Notes under the pieces: generated by a model | The model's database searches: none | Told to the model about the DNA's origin: nothing | Seen by the model: the letters and a program-made list of their open reading frames with translations, nothing else | NCBI GenBank assembly: GCA_000989305.1 | Contig: LBTB01000001.1 | Span: forward strand, 2,104-66,103 | From: Candidatus Shapirobacteria bacterium GW2011_GWF2_37_20 | GTDB lineage: Bacteria > Patescibacteriota > Microgenomatia > UBA12405 | DNA length: 64,000 nt | Direction of reading: 5' to 3' | In this document: positions 28,989-39,138 of the stretch, one piece after another | How positions within the stretch are numbered: position 1 is the stretch's first letter | How the letters are laid out: each line of letters starts with the position of its first letter | Position numbers and translations under genes: made by a program

Positions 28989-30000
28989 TGGAATTTAGGC
29001 CTTCTAATATTTGAATTTCAGATTCGTTTTCAATGCCAGTACTGACATAAGTTTTGACTAAATCATTGTTATTTTTTACCCAAACATAGGTTTTACCATT
29101 GTCATCATTTAAAGCATCGAGAGGTATTACCAGGACATTGTCCTGTTGCTCTAAGGTAATGAGAGCATCACCGTCCATACCGAGGCGATAGCTGAGGTTT
29201 TTATTATCCACAGGGAGCTTGAAACGGATTTCATAGACAGTGGATGTTTGGCCGGCTACAGGAATAAAAGAAATATAGGTAATTTCTGAGTCATAAGATG
29301 CGTCAGGAAAGGCGTCGATGCGGATAGTAGCCTTTTGGCCAATGTAAATTTTGGTGACTTCGGCCTGATCGATTTCCGATTTGAAAAAGACTGATTCCGG
29401 GTTGATGATAGTGAATGAAGCGGTGGCGGGAGTAATGTTGGTGCCGGTCAGTGGTTGATCGATATTGGTGACAACACCGGCAATGGGTGAATAAAGGGTG
29501 GCTTCCTTTATGGCCATATCGCTAATTTCATAACTAATGACATTGTTGTCGAGAGAGTATTGGGTTCTGTCCAAAATTCTTTGAACAGTATCAGTAACAA
29601 CAGTATCTTTGTATTTGTCCTGGGTATCCCAAAACTGACTTAAGTTTGTCCGATAATTGTTAAATTGGGTTTGCAGAGATTTTTGCAACTGTGCTTTGTC
29701 TAGGGAAGCGATTGATTGCCATTTTTTGACCCTATCCCCTATTTTGACACCAATCCAAACGAGTTTTCCTGAATTTTGGAAACGGAGATTGGCAATTTCA
29801 CTGGCTGAAACGGAACCGGCCAGGGTTAATTCTGATTTAATATTTTGAACAACAGGTGTGACAACAATATCTTTTTTAGGGTTAAGAACGGTAGGGTCCT
29901 TGCTTTTTTGGGCCTGAACTTGCTTGAAAGCAATGAAGAGGGCAATGAAAATCAGAAGGCCAATTATTATTTTGTTTTTATATTTTGATAGAAATTTCAT
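28960..30000 (-). CDS. MacA-like adaptor (membrane fusion protein)
   Basis: TM, VKIGDRVKK, LYSPIAGVV, LVIP..A, TGIE...IQILEGL. Confidence 0.9.
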   Translation of the reverse strand: MKFLSKYKNKIIIGLLIFIALFIAFKQVQAQKSKDPTVLNPKKDIVVTPVVQNIKSELTLAGSVSASEIANLRFQNSGKLVWIGVKIGDRVKKWQSIASLDKAQLQKSLQTQFNNYRTNLSQFWDTQDKYKDTVVTDTVQRILDRTQYSLDNNVISYEISDMAIKEATLYSPIAGVVTNIDQPLTGTNITPATASFTIINPESVFFKSEIDQAEVTKIYIGQKATIRIDAFPDASYDSEITYISFIPVAGQTSTVYEIRFKLPVDNKNLSYRLGMDGDALITLEQQDNVLVIPLDALNDDNGKTYVWVKNNNDLVKTYVSTGIENESEIQILEGLNSNDSVVIKKI

Positions 30001-30025
30001 AGACGGTATATTATATACCAAAAAA

Positions 30026-30328
30026 TCAGGAACTTATCTCTTTTTCCATTCGAAGTTCCTTTAATTTCCACATAAAGAGACGATAGGGAGTTTTAACCTG
30101 ACCGGGAGAATGATCTTTGACAAAATAGCGGGCCTTTTCGAGTAATTTTCTGTCTTCTTTTTTGGCCAGACGAATATAGAGAGATTTGTTTTTCCAATCA
30201 TCTAATTCAGCGGCTAACTCCAGGCCATAGGCTTGAAATTCATTTTTGACAAACTTTTTTCTTTTGGCAATATTTTCTTTGAATAGAGACAAGGTTTCGG
30301 TAATTGGGGTGGGTTTGGAGTTACGCAT
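30026..30328 (-). CDS. Hypothetical basic protein
   Basis: 100-aa ORF in operon context. Confidence 0.7.
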   Translation of the reverse strand: MRNSKPTPITETLSLFKENIAKRKKFVKNEFQAYGLELAAELDDWKNKSLYIRLAKKEDRKLLEKARYFVKDHSPGQVKTPYRLFMWKLKELRMEKEISS

Positions 30329-30331
30329 AGA

Positions 30332-31255
30332 TTAAAGTAAGTTTTTGGAAATTTGATAAAGGGCGAAAAGAAGATAAATGAAGAGTAGGCCAATCCCCTC
30401 TTTTCTACTAAAGGAATATTTTTTGCCGATAACGGCAAAAGTATAGACAGCCAAGGTGGCACCGGTTAAAAAAATTAAATCGTTGATAAATCCGGTCAAT
30501 TTAATTGGTCTAATAAAGGTGGAAACACCTAAAACAAATAACAGATTAAACAGATTTGAACCAAGAATGTTGCCGACTCCAAGTTCACCGTTATTTTTTT
30601 TGACGGCAGTCCAGGTGGTAACCAATTCGGGAAGAGAGGTGCCAATAGCTAAAAGGAAGTAACCTAAAATGGATTCTGAGATGTGTAATTCGTTGGCTAA
30701 GGTTATGATTTGATCAATACAGATTTTACCTGAAGTAACGAGCAAGATTAGTGAAAGAATTAATAGAAAAGGTTTGAAGGTAACGAATTCTTTTTGTTCT
30801 GAAGTAAAATGGTTGTAGTCTTTTGAGAGAAGGATCAGGATTAAAAATATAAGAATTAAAGAAACTCCTGAAGCCCAATTAAGAGTAAAGTTCATATAGG
30901 CGGCAAGAGACCAAAAGGCCATAAGCGCTGCCATATTTAGTGGGATGTTGATGTCGATATCACGTTTTTTTATTCGGTAGTTGTTAAATAAGGCAATTAA
31001 GCCAAATATCAAGCAAAGATTAGTAATGTTGCTACCAATAATGTTGGACATGACCAGTTGGTTGTGTCCGGAAAGAGAAGAGAAGAGGGTGGAAATTAAT
31101 TCGGGCAAAGAGGTGCCAAAGGCAACAACCGTGAATCCAATTATGAAATCATTGACCTTTAATTTTTTGGCCAAAGATGTGGCTTGACCAACAAAAATAT
31201 CAGCAGATCTGACCAGGAAAACTAAGCTTATAACAATGGTTAAGAAAATAAGCAT
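30332..31255 (-). CDS. Calcium/sodium antiporter (YrbG/CaCA family)
   Basis: Two alpha repeats GTSLPEL...NIIGSN / GNILGSN. Confidence 0.95.
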   Translation of the reverse strand: MLIFLTIVISLVFLVRSADIFVGQATSLAKKLKVNDFIIGFTVVAFGTSLPELISTLFSSLSGHNQLVMSNIIGSNITNLCLIFGLIALFNNYRIKKRDIDINIPLNMAALMAFWSLAAYMNFTLNWASGVSLILIFLILILLSKDYNHFTSEQKEFVTFKPFLLILSLILLVTSGKICIDQIITLANELHISESILGYFLLAIGTSLPELVTTWTAVKKNNGELGVGNILGSNLFNLLFVLGVSTFIRPIKLTGFINDLIFLTGATLAVYTFAVIGKKYSFSRKEGIGLLFIYLLFALYQISKNLL

Positions 31256-31308
31256 ATTAATATCTTATCGTATTCTAAACTTGGTTGCTTTTGTTAGAAA
31301 TTTTTTAG

Positions 31309-31380
31309 TGGACCATGGCGGAGTCGAACCGCCCTCTTAGCAATGCGAATGCTGTGCTCTGCCAGATAAGCTAATGGCCC
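31309..31380 (-). tRNA. tRNA-Ala (CGC)
   Basis: Acceptor GGGCCAT/ATGGTCC with G3:U70, anticodon loop TT-CGC-AT, GTTCGACT; CCA not encoded. Confidence 0.93.
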
Positions 31381-31883
31381 AGTTTTTCAATTTCGGACAA
31401 TATTGTATCAATTACTGTATTTATTGTCTTTTTTTCGTCGGCAGAGAAAGGTTTAAGGACATAAGTTTCAGTAGGAATGATGTCTGATTTGCCGATACCA
31501 ACTCTGATTCTCCAAAAGGCTTGGGTGCATAAATTTTCGATAGTGGAAAGGACGCCATTGTGGCCGGCTGGACCGCGGTCAAATTGGAGACGCCACTTTC
31601 CTACCGGTAAATCCAAGTCATCATGAATTAAATAAATATTTTTCGGAGGAATTTTGTAATAGGCGGCAATTTTTTGAACTGAGATGCCGGAGAGGTTCAT
31701 ATATTCAGTAGAAATAGCAAATATATTTTTAGACGACTCCCCTACTTGAGCCAATAATTTATTTTTTTGGGAAAGAGAAAAATTATATTTTTCAGATAAT
31801 TTATGAATTAATATCTGACCAAGATTGTGGCGGGTATTTTCGTGTTCTTTTCCTGGGTTGCCGAGGCCAAAAAATAGTTTCAT
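31371..31883 (-). CDS. pth: Peptidyl-tRNA hydrolase
   Basis: GLGNPG..H..TRHN.G, YMNLSG, HDDLDL, AGHNG, RIRVGIG. Confidence 0.96.
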   Translation of the reverse strand: MKLFFGLGNPGKEHENTRHNLGQILIHKLSEKYNFSLSQKNKLLAQVGESSKNIFAISTEYMNLSGISVQKIAAYYKIPPKNIYLIHDDLDLPVGKWRLQFDRGPAGHNGVLSTIENLCTQAFWRIRVGIGKSDIIPTETYVLKPFSADEKKTINTVIDTILSEIEKLGH

Positions 31884-31899
31884 TTGATGTTGTTTATTA

Positions 31900-31963
31900 T
31901 AGATTGATATATAAATATAGTCTTAAGATAGGTTTTATTTAATTCGATATATATGTTAGCAGT
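31900..31963. repeat. Dispersed intergenic repeat, copy A
   Basis: About 75% identical by hand alignment to 63242-63305. Confidence 0.6.
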
Positions 31964-31978
31964 TTGTTGTTAATTCTG

Positions 31979-32371
31979 CTAAAAAGATGCTTCTTCATAG
32001 AACTGATCAAGGGAGAAGAAATATGGATCAGAATGAAGATACAAAAGAGTATCACAGTTTTCAGAGAGAAGGGCTTTTTCTGATTCAGGAATAATGGGAA
32101 TGGCCAGAGTAATGTTGGTACCCGGATGTGTCTTTCTAATTTTGTCGGTAAATTCATTATATTCAACAGCCAGGGTTGAGCCGTTGTCGATGATAATTAA
32201 ATTGTGGGGATTTATCGACCCGCTTAGATTGGTGTTAAGAGTGTCGGCAATTTTTTTAGCAAAGGCTTCAGATTCCTGGTTGATAAAAGTCAGAGTAAAA
32301 TCGGTGCCAAAGTTTTCTTTAATTTTTTGGGCTAAAAGGGCGGCAGATTCAGAGTAATTTTTGAAAATCAT
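31979..32371 (-). CDS. Degenerate phosphoribosyltransferase-like protein
   Basis: MIFKN..E.A..LA, IIIDNG (cf. VDDG), LAIP, F.SLDQFY. Confidence 0.6.
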   Translation of the reverse strand: MIFKNYSESAALLAQKIKENFGTDFTLTFINQESEAFAKKIADTLNTNLSGSINPHNLIIIDNGSTLAVEYNEFTDKIRKTHPGTNITLAIPIIPESEKALLSENCDTLLYLHSDPYFFSLDQFYEEASF

Positions 32372-34259
32372 CTTCGTTAATAATTTTAACCTTTAATTTT
32401 TGGGCAGTAATAAATTTTGAGGACTTAGAATCTGTTTCATTGGTCAATAGATAGTCAGTGTTTTGGGAAACGGCAGAGATAAATTTACCACCCTGGCTTT
32501 CAATCAATTCAATAAATTCTGGCCGGGGTTTTGATAGGTTTCCGGTGATGCAAAAGGTAAGCCCGCTGAGTTTTTGGGAATTATCTATTGACTTTATTGT
32601 TACTTGAGAAAGGATTGATTCTATCCAGGTTTTACGTAATTGAATCCCCTGCCAGACTTTCCTTGCCAGGGTTTTTTGGAAACCAGGTAGGGATTCTAAT
32701 TCGTTTTGAGAGAGATTAATAATTTTTTCTGGAGTACCAAAACCAGCCGTAATTAGTTGCTGGACCCTGGCGGCGCTGAAGTTGGGAATTATGGCAGAGT
32801 CAAAAACCTGTTTTAGGGTTAAGGACTTTTTGTTCTGAATTTGATGGATAATATTTTTTCCTGATTTTTCGCCTAGATTATCCAGGCCACTGATGTCGGC
32901 AACGCTTAGTTTAAAGAAATCTCCGGGAAGGCGGATTTTGTTTGCCTGATAAAGTTTTCTAATAGTTTTGTCAGAGAGGCCGAGAATTTCTAAAGTATCA
33001 CAAAAGAGTCTGAGAGAGCCAAGAATTTGGGACAAACAATTAGACGAATTTGGGCAACGAAGATATTTATCTTCTCTGATTAATTTAGTTTTACAGTCGG
33101 GACAAAGGATTGGAATATCAACATGGCCGGGGGTGACTTTGGTGACGATTTTTTCAATGTGGGGAATAACGTCGCCCCGGCGGGAAATTTCAATAATGTC
33201 ACCGACATTAAGATCTTTCTTAATGACTAAATTATAATTGCCAAGGGAGGCAAAATTGATGATAGCACCGGATAATTCAACGGGTTCGACCTCGGCTACC
33301 GGAGTAACGCTACCCATGGGGCCGACTTGCCAGACAATATCTTTAATCAGACTGGTGTTGGAGTCTGCGGGAAATTTATAAGCCACCTGAAATTTAGGGC
33401 GGTTATTTTTAACTCCTAGTTGCCGGGCGACCTTCAGGTCATTAATTTTGATAACGAGGCCGTCAATTTCGAAAGGATAACCAAGGCGGTCGAGGCGTAA
33501 AAATTTTTGGTAAATTTTTTCAATTTCTTCAAATGAATGACAAAGAAGAGAATCAACCGGAGTAAAGCCTAAAGATTTAAGCTCAGAAATTTTGTTGGAT
33601 TCGCTTTCAGTTTCAGATAAAATGTCAACTGCAAGGAGACTGCAATATTCTGAATACTTGCCGTCAAGACGTTGAGACAATCCGGAAGCGGCATTGCGGG
33701 GGTTACTATATTTTTCTTCAGAAATTTGGTTAAGTTTTATAAAATCATTTTTGGTAACCACGACTTCACAGCGGATGGAGCCTGAAAAATTGTCCGGCAA
33801 GCTCATCACAAAATTTTTCATTTTGATGACGTTTTGAGTAATGAGGTCACCAACAAAACCGTCACCACGGGTAATGGCGTTGACGAGTTGACCATTTTTA
33901 TATTCTATTTCTAAAGAAATACCATCACATTTCGGTTGAACTATAAATTCTAAATTAGAGATTTTTTTTAATTCAAAATAATGAACCAAGTCTTTATATT
34001 TATTAACCTTGTTGAGGGAACCCATAGGAATGCTGTGGGCTTTTTTATCAAAACCGGTATCAAAATTTGGGGAACCAACTTTAGAAAAAATCCGATGCTG
34101 GGGCATTTTTTGACGCAAGATCTCTTCCAAGGTGTCGTAGGTATGATCGTCCATTATCGGTTTATCGCTGGTGAAATAAGCTTTTTTGGCTTCAATTAAA
34201 AGTTCACCTAAATCAGAGGCGGTAATGGTTTTAAGATCTAAATCGGAGAGAGCTATCAT
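32349..34259 (-). CDS. ligA: NAD-dependent DNA ligase
   Basis: KCDG adenylation motif, TRGDG, NPRNAASG, DGLVIK, AYKFP, GDVIP, C4 zinc finger, BRCT. Confidence 0.96.
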   Translation of the reverse strand: MIALSDLDLKTITASDLGELLIEAKKAYFTSDKPIMDDHTYDTLEEILRQKMPQHRIFSKVGSPNFDTGFDKKAHSIPMGSLNKVNKYKDLVHYFELKKISNLEFIVQPKCDGISLEIEYKNGQLVNAITRGDGFVGDLITQNVIKMKNFVMSLPDNFSGSIRCEVVVTKNDFIKLNQISEEKYSNPRNAASGLSQRLDGKYSEYCSLLAVDILSETESESNKISELKSLGFTPVDSLLCHSFEEIEKIYQKFLRLDRLGYPFEIDGLVIKINDLKVARQLGVKNNRPKFQVAYKFPADSNTSLIKDIVWQVGPMGSVTPVAEVEPVELSGAIINFASLGNYNLVIKKDLNVGDIIEISRRGDVIPHIEKIVTKVTPGHVDIPILCPDCKTKLIREDKYLRCPNSSNCLSQILGSLRLFCDTLEILGLSDKTIRKLYQANKIRLPGDFFKLSVADISGLDNLGEKSGKNIIHQIQNKKSLTLKQVFDSAIIPNFSAARVQQLITAGFGTPEKIINLSQNELESLPGFQKTLARKVWQGIQLRKTWIESILSQVTIKSIDNSQKLSGLTFCITGNLSKPRPEFIELIESQGGKFISAVSQNTDYLLTNETDSKSSKFITAQKLKVKIINEDDFQKLL

Positions 34260-34291
34260 TTGGTTATATTATAAGAAATTTTGGTTATAAT

Positions 34292-34498
34292 ATGGGAGTG
34301 GGAATAATACCAAAGATTGAGAGTGTATCCGACAAAAGGACCGATCAAAACAGTTTGGAAAAACTTAAGCCCTTGCTAAGAAGAATTTTTCCGGAATTGA
34401 ATAAGGATTTAACTCCCGGATTGCCGGCAGATTTAATCAGAGAAGAAGAAATAAAAAGGAGATTGTTTCCCAACAAGAAGACAGTTAGACGTTACTAA
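34292..34498 (+). CDS. Hypothetical protein
   Basis: 68-aa ORF filling the gap between ligA and fic. Confidence 0.4.
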   Translation: MGVGIIPKIESVSDKRTDQNSLEKLKPLLRRIFPELNKDLTPGLPADLIREEEIKRRLFPNKKTVRRY

Positions 34499-35615
34499 GA
34501 CAATAGTAGGCACCTTTGGTGCTACCCCGTTTTTCGCAGACCTTATCGTCAATTAGCTTTTTGAGGTCGCGCCAAATAGTATCGTCACTAACCATGGGTA
34601 AGAGAGATTTGGCGTCAGGCATACGAAGACCGCCAAATTGTTGCATGTATTCCACCAGTTTTATTTGTCTTTCGGTGAGGTGGACTTGTTTACCGCCCAA
34701 TTTTTGTTTGAATTTTAAATCACGGGAAAGACTTTGAACCTTATCTTTAACCCTGGATAGTTCGATGGCTAGGGCTCCGGTGTAATAAGTGGTCCAGTTA
34801 GTAATGTCTCTTTGAAAAATATCGCTGTTAGTTTCATGGGTGGACTGGAGGGTGTTGTAGTAGTTTTCAGCGTTACGGTCAAAATATTCTTCTAAGGAGA
34901 ATAAGCGTCGGATATCATAACCCTCAACATAGAGAGGAAGCATGGCATAAGCTCGGGAAACCCGACCGTTGCCTTCGATAAAGGGGTGAATGGCTACTAA
35001 AATATATTGGGTGATGGCGGCGCGGATGGCTGGATGAATTTCTCGGGATTTTGGATCATTTAGCCAGGCAATTAAATCAGACATTAAATAAGGAACTTCA
35101 ATGGCTGGAGGGGGTCGATGGGCAATTTCACCGGTACGGGTATTTTTCAAAACAACTTGTTGGCGGCGATATTTGCCGACTTCGGTTTCGGGGATAATTT
35201 TGGTAGTAGTTAACTCGTGAATTTTCTTAACTATAGTTTCACTAAAGAAAAATAACCTATCCTTTGGGTTGATATTGGCATTAAATTTTTCTTCAGGTAA
35301 GGGCAGGGCGGCATCATAAGTGGCCCAAATTTCTTCGAGGTAAGTGATGACGTTACGATAATTGATGACCTCCTGGATGTCTCTTTCTGTGGCGGTGACT
35401 TGTCGGCCTTCGACTAATTTAGCAACTTCCTGATAGGTTAAATCGTTGCCTTCGATACGGGTACCGTAATGGACGGTTCGAACAATGGCTTCTTGCTGGA
35501 ATTGTTTTTCGTAAGCCGGAATAAGAGGGGCTTCATCGATAATTGCTTTGGCAGCTTCGATGATACCGATGTTCTTGAGAATTTGGTTATTGATGGTAAA
35601 TAACGGAGAAAACAT
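34485..35615 (-). CDS. Fic-domain protein with C-terminal winged HTH
   Basis: HPFIEGNGRVSR, N-terminal TRIEGN, TIWRDLKKL..GSTKGAYY. Confidence 0.93.
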   Translation of the reverse strand: MFSPLFTINNQILKNIGIIEAAKAIIDEAPLIPAYEKQFQQEAIVRTVHYGTRIEGNDLTYQEVAKLVEGRQVTATERDIQEVINYRNVITYLEEIWATYDAALPLPEEKFNANINPKDRLFFFSETIVKKIHELTTTKIIPETEVGKYRRQQVVLKNTRTGEIAHRPPPAIEVPYLMSDLIAWLNDPKSREIHPAIRAAITQYILVAIHPFIEGNGRVSRAYAMLPLYVEGYDIRRLFSLEEYFDRNAENYYNTLQSTHETNSDIFQRDITNWTTYYTGALAIELSRVKDKVQSLSRDLKFKQKLGGKQVHLTERQIKLVEYMQQFGGLRMPDAKSLLPMVSDDTIWRDLKKLIDDKVCEKRGSTKGAYYCLSNV

Positions 35616-35678
35616 TCTAAGGCAATTATAACAGATTTTAGGAAATCAATGAGGGGAAAATGCGGAAAAAGAAAAAAA

Positions 35679-36305
35679 CTATTTCAGAAAAAAATAATCT
35701 AGGGCCGATTTGGGATCAACATTATTATTAATTAAATCGATGGCGGCAATGAGTTTTTTGATAATTTGGGCAGTATTTGAGGTGGGAGAGGCGGCAAAGA
35801 GCTGTTGATAGGCTTCAAGCTGTCCCTGTAATAGGCCCTTTATTTCAGTTTTGTCAGTGGTAATGGTGGCGGCAAAGTCAAGGTCTTTTTTAGCTTGGCC
35901 GGTGATTGGCCAAAGAATGGTGTCGCTTTTAATAGTGTCTGAACTTATTTTTATTTTAAAGCATCGGGAAATAATGGTGGGTAAAAGTCGGGTAATGTTG
36001 GTGGTGGTTAATAAAAGATAATTATTGTTCCCTGGTTCCTCCAGAGTTTTTAGAAGGGCATTTTGAGACTCAGGATGGAGATTGTCGGCCTCAGGAATGA
36101 GAATAATTTTGGAATTATGATTAAAGGGTTTTTGAGAGAGAAATTTCTTAAGAGTGCGGACTGAGGCAATGGTGTAATCATCTAAAACAAAAAGATCAGG
36201 ATTATTTGTAACCTGATGATCAAGTCCGGAGATGATTTCTAAAGCTCTTTGATAAGCAGTTTTTGGGGAAGAAGCAATAATAAGTGTTGAAGGGAAGATA
36301 GACAT
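35679..36305 (-). CDS. holB: DNA polymerase III delta' subunit (short form)
   Basis: ADNL.PESQNALLKTLEEP, LLPTIISRC. Confidence 0.85.
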   Translation of the reverse strand: MSIFPSTLIIASSPKTAYQRALEIISGLDHQVTNNPDLFVLDDYTIASVRTLKKFLSQKPFNHNSKIILIPEADNLHPESQNALLKTLEEPGNNNYLLLTTTNITRLLPTIISRCFKIKISSDTIKSDTILWPITGQAKKDLDFAATITTDKTEIKGLLQGQLEAYQQLFAASPTSNTAQIIKKLIAAIDLINNNVDPKSALDYFFLK

Positions 36306-36327
36306 AGTTTACTATTAATTATAGAGT

Positions 36328-38067
36328 ATGAATGATGTGACGAAAGTTTATAAAAAATTGTCGGATGTTTTATTGGATAAGGGGCTGATCGATGCGGCTA
36401 AGGCGGAAGAAATAAATTTAAGACAGGTAAAAACTGGTGAGAGTGAGGAAGAAATTATTAAATCGATGAGGATTTTGTCCGATTTGGATTTCACAAAAAA
36501 TAAGGCTGAATTTTTAAGGATACCTTTTGTTGATTTGGAAAATACCGGATTTTCTCCAGAGGCATTATCTTTAGTGCCTCAAAGTGTGGCGGAGAAATAT
36601 CATCTGGTCCCCTACCGGATGGAGCCTAAAGACAAATCTTTGTATGTGGCCATGAGTAATCCGCTTGATTTGGAAACAGTTGAATTTTTGGAGAAGAAAA
36701 CCAATCTTAAAATTAGAACCGCCATGTCTCCCGAGGCCCAAATCGACTCTTTTATTAGGGAAAAATATGAAAGAGAGAAAGGGATAACTTCAGAAGTTAG
36801 CAAGGCTTTGGATGAACAAAAAGTCGACGAGATGAAAGTGCAGTCAGAGAGTATGAAGAAAGTGTCGGCGGAGGCCCCTATTGCCAAAATTGTAACTACT
36901 ATTTTGGATTATGCAGTCAGGTCGAGAGCTTCAGACGTTCATATTGAACCAATGGAGGAAAATGTGAGGATAAGATACAGAATTGACGGTATTTTGCAGG
37001 AAAAATATATACTTCCCCGAAATGTGTTGGACGCCGTGGTAAGCCGGGTAAAGATTTTGGCGAATCTAAAAATTGATGAAAAAAGAATTCCTCAAGATGG
37101 CCGCTTTAATTTTAATCTTGACGGCAACGAGGTTGATTTGCGTATTTCAACCCTACCGGTATCTTATGGTGAAAAGGTGGTAATGCGTTTGCTGAGGAAA
37201 GCCTCAAAGGTGCCATCTTTGCCAGACTTGGGTTTAAGAGGTTTGGCCTTAAAAAATTTAATCGAAGCAATTGAAAGACCCCATGGAATAATTTTGGTGG
37301 TCGGGCCGACGGGTTCGGGTAAAACGACGACTCTATATTCGGTTTTGGATCGGGTAGCGACATCAAAAGTTAATGTGGTGACAATTGAAGACCCGGTGGA
37401 ATATCAAATGAAGGGGGTCAATCAGGTTCAGGTAAATGTTCAGGCCGGTTTAACTTTTGCTTCAGCCTTAAGATCATTTTTACGACAGGATCCAAATATT
37501 ATGATGGTGGGAGAAATCCGGGATACGGAAACGGCGGAGCTGGCTATCAATGCGGCACTGACCGGACATTTGGTTTTTTCAACTTTACATACTAATGATG
37601 CTTCCGGGGCACCGCCAAGACTGATGGATATGGGAGTGGAACCATTTTTGTTGACCTCGTCTTTGACCTGTGTGGTAGCTCAGCGGGTTTTGAGAAAAAT
37701 TTGTCCTAATTGCCGTCAGGACATGGAAATTCCTTCAGATAAAGAGACAGAGTTAAAGAGTACTCTAGGTCCGATTTACACTATGATTGAAGAAAAGTGG
37801 AAAAAGGACGGTAAAAAAATGACAATGCCCAAAATCGTTGGTTGTGATAAGTGTAATAATACCGGATATTTAGGGAGAATTGCTATATATGAGGTGATGC
37901 CGATTACGGAAAAAATTAGTAAGTTGGTGGTAGAAAAAGCCGCGGCGGCTATGATTCAAAAAGAAGCTATTAATGAAGGAATGTTAACCATGAAACAGGA
38001 CGGTTATGTCAAAGTACTGGAGGGGGTAACCAGTATGGATGAAGTGTTAAGAGTTGCCCAATATTAA
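36328..38067 (+). CDS. pilB: Type IV pilus extension ATPase PilB/GspE
   Basis: ASDVHIEP, GPTGSGKTTT, TIEDPVE, LRQDP..MVGEIRD, STLHTND, tetracysteine motif. Confidence 0.96.
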   Translation: MNDVTKVYKKLSDVLLDKGLIDAAKAEEINLRQVKTGESEEEIIKSMRILSDLDFTKNKAEFLRIPFVDLENTGFSPEALSLVPQSVAEKYHLVPYRMEPKDKSLYVAMSNPLDLETVEFLEKKTNLKIRTAMSPEAQIDSFIREKYEREKGITSEVSKALDEQKVDEMKVQSESMKKVSAEAPIAKIVTTILDYAVRSRASDVHIEPMEENVRIRYRIDGILQEKYILPRNVLDAVVSRVKILANLKIDEKRIPQDGRFNFNLDGNEVDLRISTLPVSYGEKVVMRLLRKASKVPSLPDLGLRGLALKNLIEAIERPHGIILVVGPTGSGKTTTLYSVLDRVATSKVNVVTIEDPVEYQMKGVNQVQVNVQAGLTFASALRSFLRQDPNIMMVGEIRDTETAELAINAALTGHLVFSTLHTNDASGAPPRLMDMGVEPFLLTSSLTCVVAQRVLRKICPNCRQDMEIPSDKETELKSTLGPIYTMIEEKWKKDGKKMTMPKIVGCDKCNNTGYLGRIAIYEVMPITEKISKLVVEKAAAAMIQKEAINEGMLTMKQDGYVKVLEGVTSMDEVLRVAQY

Positions 38068-38070
38068 ATA

Positions 38071-39138
38071 ATGCATAGCAAAATTGAAGAAGTATTGAGA
38101 TTGGCAGTAGCCAATAAGGCGTCGGATGTTCATTTGTGTTTTGGATTGACACCAAAAATGAGAATTAATGGTGAACTGTCTGAGATTACGAATATTGGAG
38201 TGGTTGATGACGGGGAATTAATTTTGTCCTTATTATCAGAAGAACAGAAAGAGAGGTTTTTGAAAGAAAAAGAACTAGACTTTTCTGTCACGATGGACAC
38301 GGCCAGATTTAGAGCCAACATTTATACTCAAAAAGGGCTTCCGTCTTGTGTTTTGAGAGTAATTTCAGATGAAATACCGGAGCTGGAAACTTTGAATTTA
38401 CCGGAGACTTTAAAAACTTTTACCCAGTTAAGACAGGGTTTTATTTTAATCACCGGTCCGACAGGACAAGGTAAGTCAACCACGGTGGCGGCGATGCTTA
38501 ATGAAATAAACAAAAGTGCAAGCACAAACATTGTGACAATTGAAGACCCGGTGGAATATATAATTAAACCCCTAAAATCGATTATTTCTCAAAGAGAATT
38601 GGGGGGTGATACTGTTAGTTTTGACCGGGCTTTAAAATCAGCCTTAAGGCAGGATCCCAATGTTGTCTTTGTGGGAGAAATGCGTGATCTGGAAACGATA
38701 CAGCTAGCTTTAACTGTGGCGGAAACGGGACACTTGGTTTTTTCAACTTTACATACTAATTCAGCGTCTCAAACAATTGACAGAATTGTGGATGTTTTTC
38801 CTGAGGGTTCAAAACCGCAGATTAGAATTCAATTAGCTTCTGTGTTATCGGCCGTAGTTTCTCAGAGATTAATTCCGGCGATAAGGGGAGGTCGGGTGCC
38901 GGCGGTAGAAATTTTGACGGCTTGTGCGGCGACAGCTAATACAATTCGGGAAGGAAAAACTTTTATGATTGATAATGTGATTCAGACAGGGGCGGATCTG
39001 GGAATGGTAAGTTTGGAGATGTCTTTAGCGCGTTTAGTCAAAAAAGGCCTGGTGGACGAGAAGGTGGCGATGAGTTATGCAACGAAACCAGTAGAATTAC
39101 AGAGTTATTTAAGAAGTTTAAAGCAGGATAATGGCTAA
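38071..39138 (+). CDS. pilT: Type IV pilus retraction ATPase PilT
   Basis: GPTGQGKSTT, LRQDP, AETGHLVFSTLHT, NTIREGK. Confidence 0.95.
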   Translation: MHSKIEEVLRLAVANKASDVHLCFGLTPKMRINGELSEITNIGVVDDGELILSLLSEEQKERFLKEKELDFSVTMDTARFRANIYTQKGLPSCVLRVISDEIPELETLNLPETLKTFTQLRQGFILITGPTGQGKSTTVAAMLNEINKSASTNIVTIEDPVEYIIKPLKSIISQRELGGDTVSFDRALKSALRQDPNVVFVGEMRDLETIQLALTVAETGHLVFSTLHTNSASQTIDRIVDVFPEGSKPQIRIQLASVLSAVVSQRLIPAIRGGRVPAVEILTACAATANTIREGKTFMIDNVIQTGADLGMVSLEMSLARLVKKGLVDEKVAMSYATKPVELQSYLRSLKQDNG

